Below, piece by piece: positions 54,109-64,000 of a stretch of DNA of 64,000 nt. The position numbers were made by a program, and so were the translations under genes. How positions within the stretch are numbered: the stretch's first letter is position 1; the number at the start of each line of letters is the position of its first letter. Source of the DNA: Octopus vulgaris (taxonomy: Eukaryota); NCBI GenBank assembly GCA_951406725.2, contig OX597827.1, positions 37,572,001 through 37,636,000 on the forward strand. Reading direction: 5' to 3'. The notes under the pieces were generated by a model. It was not told where the DNA came from and searched no databases. It saw only the letters and a list, made by a program, of their open reading frames with translations.

Positions 54109-55285
54109 TCAGGTTGAGTAAATAGTAAGCAACGTTTTGAACCATGAAGAATTTGTAAAGGATTTTTGCAGAGTTTTGAATTTTTTAAAAAACATTTTTT
54201 GAAATTACCTGATAATACAAACAGACTTGCACAAATGCATCAATAAATTAACATCGATATTGTTTTCACCATTGTTACAATCATCTGAAATGGAACTGTC
54301 AAAGCGCGATATTCGAACAATTTTGCTATTCAACTTCAAAAAAGGACGTAAAGCATCTGAAACTGATCGCGATATCAACGAAACATTTGGTGAGGAAATG
54401 ACCAGTGAGTGGTCAGCTCGAAAATGGTTTAAACGATTTTGCAGTGGAGACCTGAGCCCTGGAGACCGTCATTGAGAAAGATCCGCGTAAAACCACTCAA
54501 GAACGGGTAAAAGAACTTCAAGTAGCCAGAAAACTGCCAGCAACCATTTGCATGCGATTGGAAAATCAAAAACGCTCGAAAAATGGTTACCACACGACTT
54601 GAATGAAAATCAGAAAATGCACAGATATGAAATTTGCTCGTTGCTTCTTTGTAACCAGACCAATCCATTGCTCGATCGTATTGTGACTTGCGACGAAAAG
54701 TGAATTCTGTACAATAAAAAAATAGTTCTTCGCAATGGTTGGACCAAAATGAAGCACTGAAAACCTTCCCTAAACCCGAGCTCTTCAAAAAGAAAGTTAT
54801 GGTAACAATTTGGTGGTGTACTGTTGGACTCATCCACTATAATTCTTAAAACCCGGAAAAACCATTACTGCAGAAATATATTGCCATGAAATTGCCAAAA
54901 TGAACGAAAAACTGCTCCTCCTCCGTCCCAGACTGGTCAATAGAATAGGGCCAATCATTCTTCGTGACAATTCTCGGCCACACGTTTCACTAACGACGCT
55001 CCAGAAATTGAGGGAACTTGGTTACGAAGTTCTTCGCCCAGCTTATTCTCCAGACCTTTCTCCTACCGACTACCACTTTTTCAAGCACCTTGATGGTTTC
55101 CTGCGAAAGGAGTTCAAAATTCAAAACCGATGCTGAAAGTGCATTCAAAGAGTCCATCCGCTCCAGAAATCCAGATTTTTATGCTACTGGAATAAGCAAA
55201 CTTGTAACTTGGTGGCCAAAGTGTTTTTATTGTAATAGTACTTACTTTGATGAATAACATTTCTTGCTTACTTTTACTCAGCCTA

Positions 55286-55286
<1 letters not shown>
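54109..55286 (+). mobile_element. Full-length degenerate mariner (cecropia-like), distinct from the 27180 family
   Basis: TIR tcaggttgagtaaatagtaagcaa / ttgcttacttttactcagcctaa; MELSKRDIR..FKKGRKASE, WLPHDL, RIVTCDEK, DNSRPH, YSPDLSPTDYHFF. Confidence 0.9.
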
Positions 55287-55330
<44 letters not shown>

Positions 55331-55333
<3 letters not shown>

Positions 55334-55526
55334 GAAGATAGGTTATGAAAAAAAACAAAAGACGAAGATAGGTGGTGTACAAAACAAACAGATGCATTAG
55401 TATAACGCTCAGGAATAAAAAAAGTATTTTACGTTTCGAGTCTACGCTCTTCTACAGAAAGGGATACAGTAAAAAACAAGGAGAGAAAAAATGTATGTAA
55501 TGGCTAACGATCTATCATGGCGATTG

Positions 55527-55527
<1 letters not shown>
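55331..55527 (-). mobile_element. Penelope-like pseudo-LTR fragment with a hammerhead-like motif
   Basis: Same family as 62660-62788 and 63338-63455; flanked by (TA)n/(TG)n. Confidence 0.55.
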
Positions 55528-55605
<78 letters not shown>

Positions 55606-56168
55606 ATAGGTGCTTGCATGTCTGTGTGTGTGTGTGAGTGCATAGGTGCTTGCATGTCTGTGTGTGTGTGTGAGTGCATATGGTATGATATGATGCCCAA
55701 CTGAATAAATCTATAGATTTCAGCCTGCACTGAGTATGTACGTTAACTAAACTTCTATTGAATACACCGGATACATCGATGAATGCCTATTTATACTATT
55801 TCACAATAGACAGAAGAGGGAGCAACTGAGCCAATTTAGTCTTTATTGTAATTTCATCAGCAACGGACTACTTTTCAGTATCTATCCACGGCGATACTTC
55901 ATTTGTGACTTTATAAAATCAAATACAAATATTTGCATGCATGATGCATTCTCGAACGAAATTTCTACTGATATATTCCTGACGCGTAGACACCTTTCAT
56001 TTTAGATGGTGTGACCTGCTACAGAATTAAATACACCGGAACTTGTAAATTTGCCTATATGCGTGTGTATCTATGTATGAATGTATACATACATACATAC
56101 ATACATACATACATACATACATACATACATACATACATACATACGTACGTACGTACGTACATACATAC

Positions 56169-56207
<39 letters not shown>

Positions 56208-56229
56208 TGTGTGTATTCTTTGTTTCTTT

Positions 56230-56396
56230 TAATTCTTTTTACTTGTTTTAGTTATTTGTCAACGGCTATGCTGGAGCACTGCCTAAAAAGAGTTTTTTAG
56301 TCGAAGAAATTGAACCGGGGACTTAGACTTTGTAAGCCTAGTACTTATTCTAACGGTCTTTTTTCTGTCAAACAAAGGTAGAAGGACAAAAACCAC

Positions 56397-56468
<72 letters not shown>

Positions 56469-57045
56469 GACGGACTTCTCTCAGTTTATGTCTACTAAAT
56501 CCCCTCACAAGGCTTTCGTCGGCCCGAGGATACTTTCCCAAGGTGCCACGCAGTGGGACTGAACCCGGAACCATGTGCTGGGGAAGCAAGCTTCTTACCA
56601 CACAGCCATATCTTTTATTTATTTGATTGCGGCCATGCTAGGGCACGCCTTAAAGTATTTTAGTCCAATAAATTGACCCCCGGATAATTTTTAAGCCTAG
56701 TACTTATAGTTTCGGTTTCCTTTAGCAAGCTGCTAAGTTACGGGGACGTAAACACGCCAACACCGGCTGTCAAGTGGTGGTGATGGAAACAAACACAAAG
56801 ACATGCACATAGATACACACACACTCATACACACACACACACTCATACACACACACACACTCATACACACACACATATGTATATAAGACGGGTTTCTTTC
56901 AGTTTCCATCTGCCACATCCACTCACAAGGCTGTCGTCGGTCCGAGGCTATAGTAGAAGTCATTATCCCAAGGTGTCATGCAGTGAGATTGAATCCAGAA
57001 CCATATGGTTAGCAAGCAAGCTCCTTACCACACACCCATGCCTAC
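56230..57045 (-). mobile_element. Two tandem SINE family A copies (56230-56610, 56612-57045)
   Basis: Colinear with the family on the minus strand. Confidence 0.8.
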
Positions 57046-57192
57046 ATATATATTTCACATATAGATAGATATATGCATATGTAAGTATACTTGCATACAT
57101 GCATATTTATATATATACATACGTACATACAAATACACACATACATATATGTATATAGGTATGCATGCATACACACATACATACATATATAA

Positions 57193-57225
<33 letters not shown>

Positions 57226-57503
57226 TGTATGTATGTATGTATGTATGTATGTATGTATGTATATATATACAGAGAGAGAAGGGGAAGCAGCTGCTTGTAA
57301 CATCAAAACATTTATAAATACGTTACGTAAATGTAAATATAATTACAATCAAGCAGATAGAATGAAGATAGTCCGTCGTAGCCCTTCTCAAATAGAAATA
57401 CAAAAGTTAAATAAACGAAAATACAATTAAGAAAGAACATGTATTATAATCCCTTAGATTTGTCTCAGGAATTCAGTGACAGATTGATGCAATAATGTGC
57501 AAT

Positions 57504-57537
<34 letters not shown>

Positions 57538-57625
57538 AATCTTTAGTTATATATATTCAATGAGAATATTATATACTGAATTTATATTGCGCACATGTGT
57601 GTACACATATACATAATATACATAC

Positions 57626-58010
57626 AGGTGCAGACATGGTTCCGTGTTCAGTCCCACTGCGTGATACCTTGGGCAAGTGTCTTCTACCATAGCCTCGGGC
57701 CGACCAAAGTTTTGTCAGTGGATTTGGTAGACGGAAACTGAAAGAAGCCCGTCGTATATACGTGCTTGTATGTGTGTGTGTATGTCTTTATGTCTGTCTT
57801 TTTCCGTCACCACCGCTTGACTGCCAGCTTTGGTTTCTTGCTTACCTCCTTGTTTCTTAACGGTTCGACAAAAAGAGACCGATGGAATAAGTAACAGGCT
57901 TTAAAAAAAAATTAAGTATTGGGGTCGATCAACTTGACTAAAAATTCTTCAAGGCATTGTCCCAGCATGGCCGCAGTCTAATGACTGAAACAGAGAAATG
58001 ATAAAAGATA
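57626..58010 (+). mobile_element. SINE family A
   Basis: Colinear with the family. Confidence 0.85.
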
Positions 58011-59080
58011 GATAAAAATAGAACAAATAGAACATCGGTCCAAATATCTGGCCGAAGCCCAGGAGGGAAAAAAAGCATGATAAAGGTGTAGAATGAAAGC
58101 GAAAAAGGATATTGTGGAAAAAATATGAGGAGCTGTAGATATCATTATGTAGTTGTATAATTATTTAATTTTAAAAATATACCAAAAGGATATAACTATT
58201 CATTATAATTTAGGGAAACGAGATCGAACTATATGAAGATAAATGTAAATATATTCAGATAGGGCAGATCAAGGCTAGGACAGGCAGATACAACAAAAGT
58301 AAAAGTAAATAATTATAATAAAAGGAGTAAGATTTGAAAAAAAGATGGCGATAAATGGTTATCGTGCCGCAGTCGATTCATTCTTTTGTAATATTTCAAC
58401 TGATCCTTTGCTATAGAGATCAGATGCAGTGCGACCACCTTGGTGAGGCCTTCCTGTCTTGGTGATAGACAAGTAATATTACAATTAATGTTATTATTCG
58501 TGAGATAATGGTGCATAATTTGCTAATGAGGTGGGTGATTTGCGCTTAGTACAAGAAAATTAACTAAGGTGAGTAAATAACATAGCGTAATTTCCGGTTC
58601 GGCAAAAGAAATCGATGGAATAAGTACCAAGGTAAAAGAACAAATACTAGGGTCGACTCCTTCAACTAAAAAACTCTTCATGGCTGCAAGTAAAAGATTA
58701 AAGATAAATATCGCCTACTAAAAGTCAATGGAAGATCCGACATATATTTTAGTTGAATTTCTGTGTTAATTTTGTACAATGAAAATATAAACAACATTAT
58801 ATAGCTGCTTGAAGCAGTAACTATTCAGAGGGGCAACTATTGACTACGCTACTGTTGCATCTACTTTTATCACACATCAAATAAATTACAATCAGCGCCA
58901 ATCTGGTTATTGTTATTACTTATATTCATATTTATATAGCTCACACTATTATTAACGACACATATGTTACTATTCATATGGTTATTTATATTTCCATTAT
59001 TATTGATGGAAATATAAAAATCGGGCACGTTACTAGCGTTCTTTTTATTATTGTACTTAATATAGCAAATACAATTGCTT

Positions 59081-59152
<72 letters not shown>

Positions 59153-59420
59153 CCATCAGTAATGGTAACATTATTAGTAGTAGGATGGCTCGTAGTACTA
59201 ATATCGCCAAATTTAGGGCGAGAAAAACTTTTACGGATACTTTTCTTATTAATATTTTTTTTTTACTTCAAATTCTGCCGAGGTCGGCTTTGCTTTTCAT
59301 CCTTTCGAGGACGATAGAATAAATCGATGGGAGTGACCATCATTGTTATTATTATTTAAACATTAATGAGAGAAAACTTACTCAAATTTTTTCTTTTTTT
59401 TTTTTTGTAGAATACATTAA

Positions 59421-59543
59421 TTATAGATTTACGGGAAGAGGCGTCAGTGACTTCGATGTTTTGGCCTGATAACCTTCGTCGGACGATGGCTAGAAGGTCA
59501 AAAGCTCTAAGTCACTGTCGTTCCTCTTCTTGTAAAACTATAA
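59421..59543. other. 123-bp imperfect palindrome (old palindromic MITE or hairpin RNA)
   Basis: ttatagatttacgggaagagg..cagtgactt..ttttggcct..tcgt-cgg-acga..aggtcaaaa..aagtcactg..cctcttcttgtaaaactataa. Confidence 0.75.
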
Positions 59544-59974
59544 GATATTTATGCATATATATGTGTGTGTGTATATGTACATGTCTGTATATGTGTATGT
59601 TAGTAGAAATGCATACATATAAGTGTGTATACATATACATACATACCTGCATGCATACATACATACATACATACATAAATACATACATACATACATACAT
59701 ACATACATACATACATACATACATACATACATACATACATACGCACATACACTACATACATATCGGAATCAAATGGTTCACTATCTAATGGTGACCAATG
59801 GTTTTATGCTGCCGGGCAATTTCCGATCTAGTTTGAAGATTATCGCCCGAGAGTAGATCATCGTTAACTACGAACCATTGAGCCTCTCCCCACGTTCTGA
59901 GCTCAATCCCACACCACCAAAGTGAACTTTGTCTATTATCATTTCAAGCTCGATATATAAAGTATCGGTCCTGA

Positions 59975-60163
59975 AGGTGGCGAGCTGGCAGAACCGTTAG
60001 CACGCCGTCGAAATGCTTAGCCGTATTTCGTCTGCCGTTACGTTCTGAGTTCAAATTCCACCGAGGTTGACTTTGCCTTTCATCCTTTCGGGGTCGATAA
60101 ATTAAGTACCAGTTACGCACTGGTAATCGACTTAATCCGTTTGTCCCCTCTATGTTTAGCCCC
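59975..60163 (+). mobile_element. SINE family B
   Basis: aaggtggcgagctggcagaaccgttagcacgcc...gactttgcctttcatcctttcggggtcgataaattaagtaccag. Confidence 0.85.
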
Positions 60164-60194
60164 TATATAAAGTATCGCTCCTGTACTGATGCAA

Positions 60195-60636
60195 TTCTCT
60201 CTAAATCTCAGTTTCCACCGTCTTTCTCTCACTCCCGTCTTTCTCTCCCCGCTCTTTCTTCTACTTCTCTCTCCTCCATCTCTCTTTCCCTTCTCATTTC
60301 CCACTTCTCTTCTCTCTCTTTACCTCTCTTTCCCTCTCTCTTTTGTCCTTCTTTTACAACTCTCTCTCTCTCTTTCCCCTCCTTCCCTCTCTCCGTATCT
60401 CTCTCTTTTTTCCCTACCTGTATATCTCTCTAAATTTCTCTCTAACTCTCGCTTTCTCTCTCACTCTCGCTTTCTCTCTCACTCTCGCTTTCTCTCTCTC
60501 TCTCTCTATCTCTGTGCTATTCAGCCTCTCTCTCTCTCTGCCATTCAGCCTCTCTCTCTCACTCTCTCTCTCTCTTTCTCTCTGTGCCATTCAGCCTCTC
60601 TCTCTCTCACTCTCTCTCTCTCTCTTGGCCATTTAG

Positions 60637-60686
<50 letters not shown>

Positions 60687-60696
60687 CATCACTCTC

Positions 60697-60765
<69 letters not shown>
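60195..60765. repeat. CT-rich polypyrimidine tract with higher-order units
   Basis: (CT)n with ctctcgctttctctctca x3 and gccattcagcctctctc x3. Confidence 0.9.
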
Positions 60766-60768
<3 letters not shown>

Positions 60769-60994
60769 TCTATCTATTCACATATCTCGCCAGCTGTCAC
60801 ATCATGAATGATCCTCTTGGTGAAATCTATTTTCATCTATTTTCTTCTTTTTCTATTTTCTTCATTTTCGTCCGCACATCGGAAGCGAAAATCTCGAAGT
60901 AGTGTTTTATCAAGCTTCAGTTTCTATTAAGCGTGGTCCCAGCATAGCCCCAGACTAGTGACTGAAACAAGGAAAAGGATAAAAATTATATATA

Positions 60995-61369
60995 TCGTTG
61001 CTATTATGCAAAAGTGTCGGAAGTCCAAAACGCTGCTGTTTCAGAAAACGAAAAAATAGTTTTACCATTCCATTTCTTTTTATATTAGCAGCTTAACAAT
61101 AATACTTTGTTGGGTGCATAAAATCGTAACTTCATGCATGTATGATATTTTCAGACAGAAATATTTTTTGCAAAACTGTCGTATGTGGGTTAGTCTTACT
61201 ACACTTTTGAAAAATGCTACTCTGTTGTACTACACTTAGACAATTTTCATCTCAAGCAGCTGGAGATACGATAGTTTGACCAAAAGAACCGGCTATTGCA
61301 TGCAAAATTAAATAAAAGAAACGCATTGGCGAAATTTAGTCATACGACAGTTTAACAGAATAGCAACAA
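60995..61369. mobile_element. Old TA-flanked MITE
   Basis: Imperfect ~29 bp TIR tcgttgctattatgcaaaagtgtcg / cgacagtttaacagaatagcaacaa, with TA on both sides. Confidence 0.5.
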
Positions 61370-61385
61370 TACATACATACATACA

Positions 61386-61466
<81 letters not shown>

Positions 61467-61468
<2 letters not shown>

Positions 61469-61818
61469 AAGCTACATCTCACGGATGTTCTGGAGTGCAT
61501 CATCAATGGGGTTTCGGGTCTTTCATCATCGGACCCCACTTTCAGTTGACTCAGCCGGGTTTGATCAAGTCCCACCTCGGATCCCAATAGCAGCAAACCA
61601 CCAGTTTTCCCTCTTTATTCAAAGCCACTTAGTGCCCTTCTCTACAGCTTGGGTCATGGAATCTATGGTCATCCTCTTTGCTGCATCAAATAAATCTAAC
61701 GTCAAACGCAGCTTCGGTAGTCCACGTCAGTTGTCGCGAAACGTACATGCCAACTCTAGCTTCTTGACTGCTCTAGTAGCTCTGGTATTTGGCAAGCTTT
61801 CTCTCATGAGCCTTCTCC
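61467..61818 (-). mobile_element. Hero-like (R2-group, RLE) LINE 3' end
   Basis: C-terminal QAVEKGTKWL*IKRENW resembles the AE..S.WLW.KR..W motif; 3' UTR ggggtccgatgatgaaagacccgaaacccc; (TA)n on both sides. Confidence 0.55.
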
Positions 61819-62321
61819 ATATATATATATATATATACACACACCAATGATACAAATATGTAAGGTTGACCCGTCGTCGCACAACCAATTTTATAGCTAA
61901 AATTATAAGCCTTATAGGGTTAATGTTCCTGACTTTTCTGTCTGAATACAAACACAGTTTGAAGTAGGTGTAGTGTTATTGCTGTTATCTTTGTCTTTAT
62001 TACTGCTACATTTACTGTTTTGGTGTTGTTTTCAGTGAGGGTAGGTAGATAGATATCTAATGTTTATATACAATAGCTCTTCATTGTTCTACTTAGTTTT
62101 TGTTCTTGCCGCTTCTGCCATTGTTATTATAGTTATGATCTATGTTGCAGTTCTTGTTGCTGCTGCTGTTATTGCTGCTGCTGCTGCTATTGTTGTGGTT
62201 GTAATCGTTGTTACATAGGAAGTTATATTAATTGCACACTGTAATATTGTCTCGGGATATTTGCACACGTCTATAAAAAGATTATACTAATATCGTGTAA
62301 AGTTTATAAAAAGCACTTATG

Positions 62322-62370
<49 letters not shown>

Positions 62371-62459
62371 ATATATGTATGCGTGTATGAGTAGGTGTGT
62401 ACATTTTTATTTTTATATACATGTTTCTGTATGTTTGTTCGTGTGTGTGTGTGTGTGTG

Positions 62460-62509
<50 letters not shown>

Positions 62510-62573
62510 CATACAAATACATAGATGCATATATATTTATATATATATATACATACATACATATATATATATA

Positions 62574-62614
<41 letters not shown>

Positions 62615-62621
62615 GTATATA

Positions 62622-63837
<1,216 letters not shown>

Positions 63838-63908
63838 TATATATATATATATATAAATATATATATATTCATAATATATATATATACATACAAGAATTTT
63901 ATATAGAA

Positions 63909-64000
63909 CTAGCAGTATCGCCCGGCGTTGCTCGGGTGTGTTTTTCTAGAAAATTTTCTATTAAGCTGTTTTCAATATATTTCTTTTTACATAACTTTAA
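63909..64000 (-). mobile_element. Helitron 3' terminus (element continues beyond the window)
   Basis: Minus strand gives the GC-rich hairpin CCCGAGCAACGCCGGG, 8 nt, then CTAG followed by T. Confidence 0.7.

Overview
Eukaryotic, AT-rich, repeat-saturated intergenic or intronic DNA. The SINE families and extreme (TA)n/(CA)n/(GATA)n/(TACA)n/(AAT)n content look like an octopus (coleoid cephalopod) genome; this is inference, not checked. No intact host gene, rRNA, tRNA or CRISPR is supported, and almost all listed ORFs are microsatellite artefacts or decayed transposon reading frames. The window holds three tRNA-derived SINE families; degenerate Tc1/mariner elements (DD34D-type and DD37D); Merlin-like, piggyBac-like, CAC-ended and palindromic MITEs; Helitron termini; and L1/Tx1, RTE, Dong/R4, Hero and Penelope retroelement fragments. 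The most interesting observations are: a Merlin (IS1016/IS1595-like) group with 8-bp TSDs, one copy nested in a palindromic MITE; a mariner derivative whose two arms are both the 5' end (a fold-back hairpin over transposase sequence); minimal hammerhead-ribozyme-like motifs in Penelope termini; a 123-nt stand-alone hairpin behind a strong splice acceptor; and a near-identical inverted SINE pair. I found no convincing novel multi-gene system. Identity values are by-eye estimates, and family names come from motif recognition rather than database searches.
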